Shown here piece after piece: positions 1 to 12,127 of a DNA stretch of 55,239 nt (positions are counted from its first letter, which is position 1; every line of letters begins with the position of its first letter). Source of the stretch: Candidatus Methylomirabilota bacterium (GTDB taxonomy: Bacteria; Methylomirabilota; Methylomirabilia; Rokubacteriales; CSP1-6); contig DATFVL010000062.1 of assembly GCA_035260325.1 (NCBI GenBank), positions 1-55,239 on the forward strand, read 5' to 3'. A program made the position numbers and the translations under genes. The notes beneath the pieces are model-generated. The model was not told where the DNA came from and ran no database searches. It saw nothing but the letters and a program-made list of their open reading frames with translations.

Positions 1-360
1 TACGTCGAGATGAACGGCGCGCACGAGGCCGAGCTCGGTGCGATCCGGCGCGCGATCCGCGACCGGTTCCGCGTGGCGACGTGCGTCGGCTTCGGCCCGC
101 GCTTCCTGCACTCGACGGGCCAGGCCTACAAGGGCGGGCCGAACTCCGGCGTGTTCCTCCAGCTCACCTGCGACGACGCGGCGGACGTGCCGGTGCCGGG
201 CGAGCGGTACACGTTCGGTGTGGTGAAGGCGGCCCAGGCGCAGGGCGATCTCCAGGTGCTCATCGAGCGTGGGCGCCGCGCGCTGCGGATCCACCTCGGC
301 AAGGACGTGAAGGGCGGGCTCGTGACGCTCAAGAACGCGGTCGTCCAGGCGACGACGTAG
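1..360 (+). CDS. pgi: glucose-6-phosphate isomerase, C-terminal fragment (5' end outside window; resembles the PGI half of bifunctional transaldolase/PGI proteins)
   Basis: Frame 1 is open from base 1 to TAG 358-360. The peptide VGFGPRFLHSTGQAYKGGP..GVFLQLT..YTFG..AQAQGD matches the conserved PGI C-terminal block as I remember it. Confidence 0.7.
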   Translation, partial: YVEMNGAHEAELGAIRRAIRDRFRVATCVGFGPRFLHSTGQAYKGGPNSGVFLQLTCDDAADVPVPGERYTFGVVKAAQAQGDLQVLIERGRRALRIHLGKDVKGGLVTLKNAVVQATT

Positions 361-396
361 CAGCGAATCCAGGGCCCCGACGGGAGGACGGCGAGC

Positions 397-1380
397 ATGC
401 AGATCGGGATGGTGGGTCTGGGACGAATGGGCGGCAACATGGCGCGGCGGCTCATGCGGGGCGGCCACGAGGTCGTCGCGTACGCGAGAAGCGCGAAGAC
501 CGTCCAGGAGGTCGCGGGCGAGGGCGCGGTCGGCACCGTGACGCTCGACGACTTTGTGGCGAAGCTCAAAGCGCCGCGCGTCGCGTGGGTGATGGTGCCG
601 GCGGGCGCGGCGACCGAGCAGGTCGTGATGGACCTCGCCCGGCGCATGGGGCCCGGCGACACGCTCATCGACGGCGGCAACTCGTACTTCAAGGACGACG
701 TGCGCCGGAGCCGGGCGCTCCGCGACAAGAAGATCAACTACCTGGACGTCGGCACGAGCGGCGGCGTCTGGGGGCTCGAGCGCGGCTACTGCCTGATGAT
801 CGGCGGCGAGAAGGCGGCGGTCGAGCGCCTCGACCCGATCTTCCGGACGCTCGCGCCCGGGATGGGGACCATCGCGCGTACGCCCGGGCGCGAGCAGCGC
901 GGCGGCACCGCCGAGCACGGCTACCTCCACTGCGGCCCGTCGGGCGCCGGCCACTTCGTCAAGATGGTCCACAACGGCATCGAGTACGGGCTCATGCAGG
1001 CGTACGCCGAGGGCCTCGACATCTTCAAGAACGCGAGCTCGAAGGATCTCGATGCCGACCTGCGCTACGACCTCGACCTCGCGGACATCACGGAGGTCTG
1101 GCGGCGCGGCTCCGTCGTCTCGTCCTGGCTCCTCGACCTCACCGCGCAGGCGCTCGTCGAGAACCCGACGCTCTCGAACTACACCGGGGTCGTCGCCGAC
1201 TCGGGCGAGGGGCGCTGGACGATCATGGCGGCGATCGAGGAGGGCGTTCCGGTGGACGTGCTCTCGGCCTCGCTCTACGTCCGCTTCCGCTCGCGTCAGG
1301 ACCACACGTTCGCGGAGAAGGTGCTCTCGGCGATGCGCCAGAAGTTCGGCGGCCACGTCGAGCGGCCGAGCGGGGGATAG
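397..1380 (+). CDS. gnd: 6-phosphogluconate dehydrogenase, decarboxylating (short YqeC-type)
   Basis: ATG 397 is preceded by GGGAGGA. N-terminal Rossmann motif [19 protein letters not shown]; conserved [16 protein letters not shown] block. Confidence 0.9.
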   Translation: MQIGMVGLGRMGGNMARRLMRGGHEVVAYARSAKTVQEVAGEGAVGTVTLDDFVAKLKAPRVAWVMVPAGAATEQVVMDLARRMGPGDTLIDGGNSYFKDDVRRSRALRDKKINYLDVGTSGGVWGLERGYCLMIGGEKAAVERLDPIFRTLAPGMGTIARTPGREQRGGTAEHGYLHCGPSGAGHFVKMVHNGIEYGLMQAYAEGLDIFKNASSKDLDADLRYDLDLADITEVWRRGSVVSSWLLDLTAQALVENPTLSNYTGVVADSGEGRWTIMAAIEEGVPVDVLSASLYVRFRSRQDHTFAEKVLSAMRQKFGGHVERPSGG

Positions 1381-1381
1381 C

Positions 1382-2359
1382 GTGGGACCCGCCCCCGTGA
1401 CGGAGCCGGTCTCCCTCGACGCGCACCTCCGCGCCGCCGGCGGGCCCGCGGCCGCAGACCTGACCGTCCTGGTCGGAGCACTCGCGGTCGCCGGCAAGGT
1501 CATCGCGCGCGAGCTCGGGCGCGCCGCGCTCGCCGGCCAGCTCGGGGCGACGGGCGACACGAACGTCCAGGGCGAGAAGGTGAACAAGCTCGACGTCTGG
1601 GCGAACGACGTGGTCGTGCGGGCGTTGGAGGAGACGGGCCTCGTGGGCGCGCTCGTCTCCGAGGAGATGGCCGAGCCGCTGCGCCCGGCGAGAGCTCGCG
1701 GCCGCTACGTCGTGTGCTTCGACCCGATCGACGGATCATCCAACCTGGATGTGAACGGAACCGTCGGCACGATTTTTTCCATCCGCCCGGGCGTCGAGCC
1801 GACGCAGCCGGGGACGGCGCAGGCCGCGGCGGGCTACATCATGTACGGGCCCTCGACGCTCATGGTGCTGACGACGGGCGCCGGCGTCGACGGCTTCACG
1901 CTCGACCCGACGCTCGGCGAGTTCGTGCGCTCGCATCACAGGATCCGCATCCCCGCGCGGGGCCGCATCTATAGCGTCAACGAGGGCAACTTCTCGAAGT
2001 GGGCACGCGGCGTCCAGCGCTACATCGAGTACCTGCGCGGCGCGGAGGTGGCGACGGGCCGGCCCTACACGGCGCGCTACGTCGGCTCGCTGGTCGCCGA
2101 CGTCCACCGGACGCTCCTCGAGGGCGGGATCTACCTCTATCCGGCCGACGCCGGCAAGTCGGAGGGCAAGCTGCGTCTCCAGTACGAAGCGGCGCCGATG
2201 GGGATGATCGTCGAGCAGGCGGGCGGCAAGGCGTCCACGGGCCGCGAGCGCATCATGACGATCCAGCCGGCCGCGCTTCACCAGCGGGTGCCGCTCCTCA
2301 TCGGGAGCCCCGAGGACGTGACGCTTGGCGAAGACTTCATCGCAGGGAGGCGTCGATGA
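1382..2359 (+). CDS. fbp: class 1 fructose-1,6-bisphosphatase
   Basis: GTG 1382 is in frame, 2 nt after the gnd stop. Motifs FDPIDGSSNLD, YSVNEGN, ARYVGSLVADVHRTLL, GKLRLQYEAAPM. Confidence 0.9.
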   Translation: MGPAPVTEPVSLDAHLRAAGGPAAADLTVLVGALAVAGKVIARELGRAALAGQLGATGDTNVQGEKVNKLDVWANDVVVRALEETGLVGALVSEEMAEPLRPARARGRYVVCFDPIDGSSNLDVNGTVGTIFSIRPGVEPTQPGTAQAAAGYIMYGPSTLMVLTTGAGVDGFTLDPTLGEFVRSHHRIRIPARGRIYSVNEGNFSKWARGVQRYIEYLRGAEVATGRPYTARYVGSLVADVHRTLLEGGIYLYPADAGKSEGKLRLQYEAAPMGMIVEQAGGKASTGRERIMTIQPAALHQRVPLLIGSPEDVTLGEDFIAGRRR

Positions 2360-3279
2360 CGGAGCGGGTGCAGGAGATCCTGAGCTGGTACGGAAGCGAC
2401 AACCCGGGGACGCTGACGAACCTCGCGCGCCTCTTGAGCTGCGGCGCGCTCGCCGGCAGCGGCAAGCTCGTGATCCTGCCGGTGGACCAGGGCTTCGAGC
2501 ATGGCCCGGGGCGGTCGTTCGCGATGAACCCCGCCGCCTACGATCCGCGCTACCACTTCGAGCTCGCGATCGAGGCCGGCTGCAACGCCTACGCCGCGCC
2601 GCTCGGCTTCCTCGAGGCCGGCGCGCGCCAGTTCGCCGGCCGGGTGCCGCTGATCCTCAAGCTCAGCAACCACGACGTGCTCCTCGACGACAAGGACCCC
2701 GAGCAGGCGATGACGGGCAGCGTTGAGGACGCGGTGCGCCTCGGCTGCGTCGGCATCGGCTTCACGATCTATCCCGGCTCCGAGCACCGGCTCGCGATGT
2801 ACGGCCAGCTCCGAGGCCTCGCGGAGGAGGCGAAGCGGCGCGGCCTCGCCGTGGTCGTCTGGTCGTACCCGCGGGGCTCCGGCCTCTCCAAAGATGGCGA
2901 GACGGCGATCGACGTCACGGCGTACGCGGCACACATCGCCGCCCAGCTCGGCGCGCACGTCATCAAGGTGAAGCTTCCGTCGGCTCACCTCGAGCAAGCG
3001 GCGGCGAAGAAGGTCTACGAGAAGGAGGGCGTGCCCACCGGGACGCTCGCCGAGCGCGTCCGCCATGTCGTCCAGGCGACGTTCGACGGCCGGCGGATCG
3101 TGATCTTTTCGGGCGGCACCGCGGACACGGACGAGGCGATCTTCGAACAGGTGAGGGCGATCCGCGACGGCGGCGGCTTCGGCTCGATCATTGGGCGCAA
3201 CTCGTTCCAGCGGAAACGGCCCGACGCGCTCAGGTTCCTCCGGACGGTCATGGACATCTACGCGGGGGCCAGGAAGTAG
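2356..3279 (+). CDS. class I fructose-bisphosphate aldolase (DhnA/archaeal type)
   Basis: ATG 2356 overlaps the fbp stop (ATGA). Peptide LVILPVDQGFEHGP..AHVIKVKLP..GRNSFQR is typical of the DhnA-type aldolase family. Confidence 0.85.
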   Translation: MTERVQEILSWYGSDNPGTLTNLARLLSCGALAGSGKLVILPVDQGFEHGPGRSFAMNPAAYDPRYHFELAIEAGCNAYAAPLGFLEAGARQFAGRVPLILKLSNHDVLLDDKDPEQAMTGSVEDAVRLGCVGIGFTIYPGSEHRLAMYGQLRGLAEEAKRRGLAVVVWSYPRGSGLSKDGETAIDVTAYAAHIAAQLGAHVIKVKLPSAHLEQAAAKKVYEKEGVPTGTLAERVRHVVQATFDGRRIVIFSGGTADTDEAIFEQVRAIRDGGGFGSIIGRNSFQRKRPDALRFLRTVMDIYAGARK

Positions 3280-3283
3280 CGGC

Positions 3284-4261
3284 ATGATCCTCGCGGGCGA
3301 CGTCGGCGGCACCAAGACCGCGCTCGCCCTCTACGAGGCGCGGGGCGGCGGGCTCGCGCCGGCGCGCGAGGCCGCGCTGCCGAGCCGCGAGTTCCCGACG
3401 TTCGAGGACGCCGTGGCGAGCTTCCTCGCCGCCGCGCCGCGCGGCGCGGTCGAGGCGGCGTGCTTCGGCGTGGCCGGGCCCGTGGTGAACGGGCGCTGCA
3501 TCGCGACGAACCTTCCCTGGGTCCTCGACGAGGCGACGCTCGCGTCCAGCATCCCGGCGAAGCGCGTGAGGCTCCTCAACGACCTCGAGGCCATGGGCCA
3601 CGGCGTCCTCGCGCTCGAGCCCGCGTCGCTCGCCACCCTCCAGGAGGGCGCGGTCCGGAAGGGCAACATGGCGCTGCTCGCCGCCGGCACCGGGCTCGGC
3701 GAAGCCCTGCTGGTCTGGAGCGGCGAGCGCCATCTCGTCGTCCGCTCTGAGGGCGGGCACGCGGACTTCGCGCCCCGGACGGACCTCGAGGTGGAGCTGC
3801 TCAGGTTCCTCCGCAAGGAGTTCGGGCGCGTGAGCTACGAGCGCGTGCTCTCCGGGCCGGGGCTCGTCAACATCTACCGCTTCCTGCGCGACACGGGAGA
3901 CGCTCCGGAGCCCGCGTGGCTCCGCGAGCGCCTCGAGCGCGAGGACCCGAGCGCCGTCGTCTCCGAGGTCGCGCTCGCGGGCAGCCACCCGCTCTGCGTC
4001 AGAGCACTCGAGCTGTTCGCGTCGATCTACGGCGCCGAGGCGGGCAACCTCGCCCTCAAGGCGTTCGCGGTCGGCGGCGTCTACGTCGGCGGCGGCATCG
4101 CGCCGAAGATCAGGGCGAAGCTCGCCGACGGCACGTTCGTCGCCGCGTTCTGCGACAAGGGCCGGTTCGCCGCGCTGATGGCGTCGATCCGCGTCTCGCT
4201 CGTCCTCGAGCCGCGGGCGGCGCTCCTGGGCGCCGCGCGCGTGGCGCGGGACCTGGTCTAG
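3284..4261 (+). CDS. glk: glucokinase
   Basis: ATG 3284 lies 5 nt after the aldolase stop. N-terminus [18 protein letters not shown] and [13 protein letters not shown] are typical of bacterial Glk. Confidence 0.85.
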   Translation: MILAGDVGGTKTALALYEARGGGLAPAREAALPSREFPTFEDAVASFLAAAPRGAVEAACFGVAGPVVNGRCIATNLPWVLDEATLASSIPAKRVRLLNDLEAMGHGVLALEPASLATLQEGAVRKGNMALLAAGTGLGEALLVWSGERHLVVRSEGGHADFAPRTDLEVELLRFLRKEFGRVSYERVLSGPGLVNIYRFLRDTGDAPEPAWLRERLEREDPSAVVSEVALAGSHPLCVRALELFASIYGAEAGNLALKAFAVGGVYVGGGIAPKIRAKLADGTFVAAFCDKGRFAALMASIRVSLVLEPRAALLGAARVARDLV

Positions 4262-4265
4262 CGGG

Positions 4266-6917
<2,652 letters not shown>

Positions 6918-6941
6918 CGGTAGGCTCGATCACGCCCGCCG

Positions 6942-6962
6942 CGTCGTCCCCGCCCGGGGCGA
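6942..6962 (+). terminator. possible GC-rich hairpin terminator after the sugar operon (no U-tract)
   Basis: 8-bp stem GTCGTCCC/GGGGCGAC (one G-U pair) with a 5-nt loop, 25 nt after the GH63 stop. Confidence 0.25.
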
Positions 6963-7034
6963 CGGGTGAAGCCGCAGCGCCGCGGCCAGCGCGGGAAGTC
7001 GGGGATGCGCGCCCCCGAGCCGGCGCCGCGGATA

Positions 7035-7062
7035 GCCGCCGGGGTAACGCCCGGCCGGCGGC
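7035..7062 (-). terminator. possible hairpin terminator after the minus-strand membrane-protein gene
   Basis: GCCGCCGG (7035-7042) pairs with CCGGCGGC (7055-7062), just downstream of the stop at 7069-7071. No U-tract. Confidence 0.25.
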
Positions 7063-7068
7063 CTCAGC

Positions 7069-8016
7069 TCACCCCTTTTCGACCTTTACCTCGAGCCGCG
7101 GCTTTCCGGCGGTCCGCACCGCGTAGAACGCCCCGATCAGGCCGCCGCCGAGCGCGAACAGCGTGTCGCCGCCGAGATCCCAGAGGATCGCCGGGATCTT
7201 GCTGATGAAGATGTCCCAGTGCACCGAGCCGCCCCGCGCCTTCGCGTACTGCTGGACCCGGTAGGCGGCGAGGAGGACCTCGCCGAGGAGCACCGAGGCC
7301 ACCGTGAAGCCGGCGCCGACGACCTGGGGGATCAGGCCGCCGCGGCCCGCCGCCTTGGTGGTGCCCCAGCCGATCAGCGCGCCGCCGGCGATCGCGATGA
7401 CCCAGAACATGCGGTTGGTCGCGATGGCGACCCCGGCCCAGACGGCGGCCGCCACGATCGCCAGCACCGCCGCGGCCAGCACGGCCAGCGGCACGTTCGT
7501 CGGAAGCTCCTCGTAGCGCTGGGTCGCGACCTTGGCTTCGTGCTGGAGGCGCTCGATGCAGGCCGGGCAGACGCGGTCGATGACGCCGTTCACCAGAATC
7601 GGCTCGCTCGCGGCGGTGCCGCCGCAGAGGCGGCAGGCGGCCGCCGGCGGCGGGCTTCCGGTCTTGACGGCGGCGAGGAGCGCGTCGAGCTCCGCGGCGA
7701 TCCGCGCGGCATCGAGCGACCGGAACATGGGCCGGGCGTGCGTGTAGAGGGCGAGGCCGTCGGCGACCTTGACCTTCTTCGGGTGGACGCCCGCCGCCGC
7801 GAGCCCGGGCGAGCGCTGAACCGCCTCGCGGACCGCCGGGTCCCTGGCGGGATCGCCATAGCGGACGATCTCGACGATGGCGTTGTTGTCGTCGCCGCCC
7901 CTGGCCGCTTCGACGAGATAACCGTCCTTGACGCCGAAGACGATCGCGCTGCCCGCCGCGGGCTTGAGGCCGAGCCGCTTGCCCGTTTCGAGGACGGTCT
8001 TCACGAGGCTCGTCAT
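7069..8016 (-). CDS. hypothetical membrane protein with central zinc-ribbon (CxxC..CxxC) and about 4 C-terminal TM helices
   Basis: 315-aa ORF starting at ATG 8016. It contains ACRLCGG..RVCPACIERL followed by long hydrophobic segments. No family recognised. Confidence 0.6.
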   Translation of the reverse strand: MTSLVKTVLETGKRLGLKPAAGSAIVFGVKDGYLVEAARGGDDNNAIVEIVRYGDPARDPAVREAVQRSPGLAAAGVHPKKVKVADGLALYTHARPMFRSLDAARIAAELDALLAAVKTGSPPPAAACRLCGGTAASEPILVNGVIDRVCPACIERLQHEAKVATQRYEELPTNVPLAVLAAAVLAIVAAAVWAGVAIATNRMFWVIAIAGGALIGWGTTKAAGRGGLIPQVVGAGFTVASVLLGEVLLAAYRVQQYAKARGGSVHWDIFISKIPAILWDLGGDTLFALGGGLIGAFYAVRTAGKPRLEVKVEKG

Positions 8017-8029
8017 GTCCGGTTCCCTT

Positions 8030-9019
8030 TCACGCCTTGCCTTCGAGCGCGCGCTTGAGCTGGTCGAGATGGTTGTCGTCGTGCCACGCCCAGAGCGCGG
8101 CGACGGCGTCGAGGGTCATCGGGTTGGTCCCGATGGTCCCGGACCGCTTCCACTGCTCGGCGCTGAGCCCGCGCGCGACCCGGAGCGACTCCGCGCGGCG
8201 CCGGCGGAACTCGGCGAGCGCCTCCGCCGCGTCGGCCTTCGGGTACTGGCGCTCCGCGCCGATCTTGTCGGCGTCGGGGACGGGGAACTTGGCGCCGTCC
8301 TGCGTCGAGATCGTCTTGAGCACGAGGAGGAAGAGCTCCTCCGCGTCGCGGAGATGGCAGACGACTTCCTTCGCCGCCCAGTTCTTGCCGTCCGGCCGCT
8401 TCGAGAGGACGGCCTCGCTCTGATCGCGGAGGGCCGCGGCGAGCTCGTCGGGGGTGCGCTCGGAGCGCGCGAGGCGCGCGGCGATCGGCTGCTTGGCGTA
8501 CTCGGCCATCGTGGGCATCGCGTCGCTCCTTTCCGGCACGAGCTGGGCGAAGAGGCTCGACTCGCGCTTGTAGAAGCCTTCCGTGTGGAAGGAGTCCCGG
8601 AGCCGGAGGCCGGTGTAGTCCACGTGGTGGCCGACCTCGTGCAACAGCGTCCGGAGGTACGTTCGAAATGCTACCACGCGCCTCTGCTTCGCGGTGCGCA
8701 TCCAGAGCTGGATGCGGGGCGGCCGGCCGCGCTCGTTCGTGTAGAGGCCGTGGAGCTCGCCCCAGCGCGCGTGCGGCCGCGCGGCGAGCACCTCCACCCT
8801 GACCGGCGGCAACGCCATCGCCGCGCAGAGCCCGCCGGCCAGCGCCTGGCTCGCGCGCTGGACCGCGTCGCGGGCCTCGGACCGGAGCGCGCCCTCGAGC
8901 GCCTCGACGGCGGGGTGGAGCTCCGCCGGGCTCGCCAGGCGGATCTCGGTGAGGGCGTCGCTCTTCCGGTAGATCGCTTGCTGGGCGCGCGTGAGGCGCG
9001 CGTAGTACGCGAACGGCAA
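8030..9019 (-). CDS. HExxH (putative metallopeptidase-like) domain fused in frame to a DinB-family domain; the DinB part may also be made alone from ATG 8518
   Basis: One frame stays open from upstream of 9019 to the TGA at 8030-8032. The N-terminal part contains LRTLLHEVGHHVDY. The C-terminal 162 aa are DinB-like (KEVVCHLRDAEE..WAWHDDNHLDQL). TTG 9019 lies 5 nt after the upstream stop. An internal ATG at 8518 has AAAGGAG 7 nt upstream. Confidence 0.55.
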   Translation of the reverse strand: MPFAYYARLTRAQQAIYRKSDALTEIRLASPAELHPAVEALEGALRSEARDAVQRASQALAGGLCAAMALPPVRVEVLAARPHARWGELHGLYTNERGRPPRIQLWMRTAKQRRVVAFRTYLRTLLHEVGHHVDYTGLRLRDSFHTEGFYKRESSLFAQLVPERSDAMPTMAEYAKQPIAARLARSERTPDELAAALRDQSEAVLSKRPDGKNWAAKEVVCHLRDAEELFLLVLKTISTQDGAKFPVPDADKIGAERQYPKADAAEALAEFRRRRAESLRVARGLSAEQWKRSGTIGTNPMTLDAVAALWAWHDDNHLDQLKRALEGKA

Positions 9020-9024
9020 CGCGG

Positions 9025-9816
9025 CTACGTACCGGTGAAGCGGGGCTTGCGCTTCTCGAGGAAGGCCTTGGCGCCCTCGATCCGGTCCTCGGTCGTGCGC
9101 AGGAGCGTCGCCAGGTCGTTCTCGAGCCGGAGCCCGTCGGCGAGCGGCAGCTCGAGCCCCTTGACGACCGCCTCCTTGGCGTAACGGAGCGCCACCGGCG
9201 CCTTGGCGGCGAGCGTCCGCGCCAGCTCGAGCGCCGACGCCGTCAGCTCGGCCGCGGGCACGACGCGCTCGACGAGGCCGATCCGGAGCGCCTCGCGCGC
9301 GTCGATGCGCGCGCCCGTCAGGATCATCTCGAGCGCCTTGCCGCGGCCGACCAGCCGCGGCAGGCGCTGTGTGCCGCCGCCGCCGGGGATGATCGCCAGG
9401 TCGACCTCGGTGAGGCCGAGCCGCGCGTCGTCGCCCGCGATGCGGATGTCGCACGCGAGCGCCAGCTCGAGCCCGCCCCCGAAGGCGTAGCCGCGGATCG
9501 CGGCGATGATCGGCTGGGGGCAGCGGTCCATGGCCTGGCGGAAATCCACGCGGCGCCGGCTCTCGCGAAACTTCACGGGCACCTGCGGGGCGACGAACTC
9601 GCGGATGTCGGCGCCCGCCGAGAACGCGCGCCCGCCCGCCCCCGTGACGACGACCACGCGGACGTCCTCGCTGCCCGCGGCGCCGCCGAAGCAGTCCACG
9701 AGCTCGGTCCGCATCCTCTCGTTCATCGCGTTGTGGACGTCGGGACGGTTGAGCGTGAGCGTCGCGACGCCCTCGGCGACCTCCCAGACGATCGTTTGGT
9801 AGGTCATTGATCGGGT
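9025..9816 (-). CDS. enoyl-CoA hydratase/isomerase (crotonase family)
   Basis: ATG 9816. Peptide VATLTLNRPDVHNAMN..VVTGAGGRAFSAGADI..GYAFGGGLELALACD..EGAKAFLEKRKPRF. Confidence 0.9.
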   Translation of the reverse strand, partial: TRSMTYQTIVWEVAEGVATLTLNRPDVHNAMNERMRTELVDCFGGAAGSEDVRVVVVTGAGGRAFSAGADIREFVAPQVPVKFRESRRRVDFRQAMDRCPQPIIAAIRGYAFGGGLELALACDIRIAGDDARLGLTEVDLAIIPGGGGTQRLPRLVGRGKALEMILTGARIDAREALRIGLVERVVPAAELTASALELARTLAAKAPVALRYAKEAVVKGLELPLADGLRLENDLATLLRTTEDRIEGAKAFLEKRKPRFTGT

Positions 9817-10988
9817 GCTTCCAGGCCGGCTCCGGTCGTGGCCGGCCCGAGACAGATGCGCCGTTTCAAGAGGTCCGCGATCATGGCCGCGCTGTAGCCG
9901 AGCTCTCGGAGGACACCGTCGGTGTGCTCGCCGAGCGTCGGCGGCGGCCCGGGGTCGCGCGTGGGCGTGCCGGCGAAGACCAGCGGCTGGCCCATCATCC
10001 GGAGGCGCCCGACCTCGGGATGCTCGTACTCGTGGACCATGTCGTGGTGGCGCACCGCCGGGTGCCGCATGAACTCGTTCACCGTCTGCACGGGCCCGGC
10101 GGGGATATCGTGCTTCGCGAGGAGCTCGAGCCAGTGGGCGCGCGGCTCGGACTTGAACTTCGCCTCGAGGAGGGGCAGGAGGACCTGGTTGTTCTCGAGG
10201 CGCAGGAGCCAGGAGGCGAAGCGCGGGTCGTCGGCGAGGGGCGCGAGGCCGAGCGCCGTGCAGAGCTTGACCCAGAACGACTGGTTGCCACAGGCGAGGA
10301 AGAACCACGCGCCGTCGCCCGCCTGGTAGAGCCGGTACGTCGGGTTGTCGCGGATCAGCGTCGGCTTCGACGGGTACTCCACGGCGATGCCGGCCTGCAT
10401 CGCCATCACGCCCCTGAGCAGGGACGTCTCGACGCGCTGCCCCCGCCCGGTGCGCTCGCGCGCGAAGAGCGCCGCGAGGATCGCCTGGGCGGCGAGCGCC
10501 GCCGTGTAGTAGTCGGTCGGCGCCGTCCGGAGGTACTGGGGCGGGCCACCGAAGCCCTGGAGCGTCATCACGCCGCCGAGCGCCTGGAAGATCGGGTCGA
10601 AGCCGGGCCGCTCGTTCTCCGGGCCCGTCGAGCCGAACGCGGTGACCGAGCAGTAGACGAGCCGCGGGTTGAGCGTCGCGAGGCGCGACCAGCCGACGCC
10701 GAGCCGCTCGGCGACGCCCGGCCGCATGTTCTCCATGAACACGTCGCCGCGCGCGGCGAGCGTGTCGACGATCTGGAGCCCCTCCGGGGTCTTCAGATTG
10801 ACCGCGATCGAGCGCTTGCCGCGGTTCCAGCCGAAGAAGCCGGGCAGCTCGCGGAAGCTGTCGCCCTCGAGGGACTCGACCTTCACGACGTCGGCGCCCA
10901 GGTCGGCGAGCTGCATCGCGGCGTAGGAGCCCGCGATGTAGCTCGTGAGGTCAACGACGCGGATGCCGTCGAGCGGCGGCGCGGCCAC
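9804..10988 (-). CDS. family III CoA-transferase (CaiB/BaiF type)
   Basis: GTG 10988. N-terminus PLDGIRVVDLTSYIAGSYAAMQLADLGADVVKVE. It overlaps the downstream hydratase start by 13 nt. Confidence 0.9.
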   Translation of the reverse strand: MAAPPLDGIRVVDLTSYIAGSYAAMQLADLGADVVKVESLEGDSFRELPGFFGWNRGKRSIAVNLKTPEGLQIVDTLAARGDVFMENMRPGVAERLGVGWSRLATLNPRLVYCSVTAFGSTGPENERPGFDPIFQALGGVMTLQGFGGPPQYLRTAPTDYYTAALAAQAILAALFARERTGRGQRVETSLLRGVMAMQAGIAVEYPSKPTLIRDNPTYRLYQAGDGAWFFLACGNQSFWVKLCTALGLAPLADDPRFASWLLRLENNQVLLPLLEAKFKSEPRAHWLELLAKHDIPAGPVQTVNEFMRHPAVRHHDMVHEYEHPEVGRLRMMGQPLVFAGTPTRDPGPPPTLGEHTDGVLRELGYSAAMIADLLKRRICLGPATTGAGLEAPDQ

Positions 10989-11004
10989 GGCGCGGGCGGG
11001 GCGG

Positions 11005-12123
11005 CTAGGCCGCCACGCGGCGCAGGATCAGCTCGCGGTGGTAGTCGCCGTCCCCGTACATCGGCTCGAGCGCCTTGGCGCGCTTCATGTAGAGGTGGAG
11101 GTCGTACTCCCAGGTGAAGCCGATGCCGCCGTGGACCTGGATCGCGTTGTCGGCCACATGCCAGCCGGCGTCGGAGGCATACGCCTTCGCCATCGATGCC
11201 GCGTGCTGCAGAGTCTCCGGCTCGGCGTCGGCGGTCCAGGCGGCGTAGTAGACGGCGGAGTGCGAGTTCTCGACCTCGAGGAGCATCTCGGCGCACTTGT
11301 GGCGGATCGCCTGGAAGGAGCCGATCGGCTGGCCGAACTGCTCGCGCACCTTGGCGTAGCCGACCGCCATGTCGAGGCAGCGGCGCGCCGCGCCGAGCAT
11401 CTCCGCCGCGGCGCCAACCGCGCCGCGCCGCAGCAGCGCGGCGAGCAGCGGTCCGCCGTGGCCCGGCGCGCCGAGCACCGCGTCGGCGGCGACGGGCGTC
11501 TTGTCGAGCGTGACGTTGACGAGGCGCGTGGCGAGGTCCATCACCGGCACGGGCTCGAGGGTGAGCCCGGCGGCCGAGGGGTCCACCATGAAGAGCGTGA
11601 GCCCGTCCGGCCCCTGCGCCGGCACGAGGAGGACGTCGGCGACGTGGGCCCAGGGCACGAACCGCTTCTGGCCCGAGAGCGCCCAGCCCTTGCCGGTCTT
11701 CTCCGCGCGCGTCCGCGCGGCCTCCGGGCGCCAGTCGAGCTCGGCGTCGAGGAAGGCGATCGTCGCGCGGGCGTCCCCCGTGGCGAAGGCGGCGAGCCAG
11801 CGCTTCTTGTGGACCTCGCTGCCGCCGAGCTCGATCGCCGTCGCCGCGAGCGCGGTGGGCCAGTAGGGGCCGGGGTACGCGGCGCGCCCCATCTCCTCGA
11901 GGAGCAGCGCGGTCTCGACCATGCCGAGGCCGCTGCCGCCGTACGCCTCGGGGAGCGAGAGGCCGAGCCAGCCGAGCTGGGCGATCTCCTTCCACATCGT
12001 GTCGCTCTCGCCGCGCGGGTCGTCCCAGAGCAGGCGCACCGTGGCGGGCTTGCAGTGCTCGTCGAGGAAGGCCCGCGCCGAGTTCCGGAGGAGCTGCTGG
12101 TCGGAGGTGAAGGCGAAGTCCAT
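11005..12123 (-). CDS. acyl-CoA dehydrogenase family protein
   Basis: 372-aa ORF. MDFAFTSDQQLL..EAYGGSGLG..IQVHGGIGFTWEYDLHLYMKRAK. Confidence 0.9.
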   Translation of the reverse strand: MDFAFTSDQQLLRNSARAFLDEHCKPATVRLLWDDPRGESDTMWKEIAQLGWLGLSLPEAYGGSGLGMVETALLLEEMGRAAYPGPYWPTALAATAIELGGSEVHKKRWLAAFATGDARATIAFLDAELDWRPEAARTRAEKTGKGWALSGQKRFVPWAHVADVLLVPAQGPDGLTLFMVDPSAAGLTLEPVPVMDLATRLVNVTLDKTPVAADAVLGAPGHGGPLLAALLRRGAVGAAAEMLGAARRCLDMAVGYAKVREQFGQPIGSFQAIRHKCAEMLLEVENSHSAVYYAAWTADAEPETLQHAASMAKAYASDAGWHVADNAIQVHGGIGFTWEYDLHLYMKRAKALEPMYGDGDYHRELILRRVAA

Positions 12124-12127
12124 GGCG

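Noticed and set aside
8519-9019. Treating the HExxH region as a separate gene from the DinB domain.
   Set aside because: There is no stop codon between them in this frame, so an independent upstream gene cannot terminate before the DinB part. I report it as one CDS with a possible internal start.
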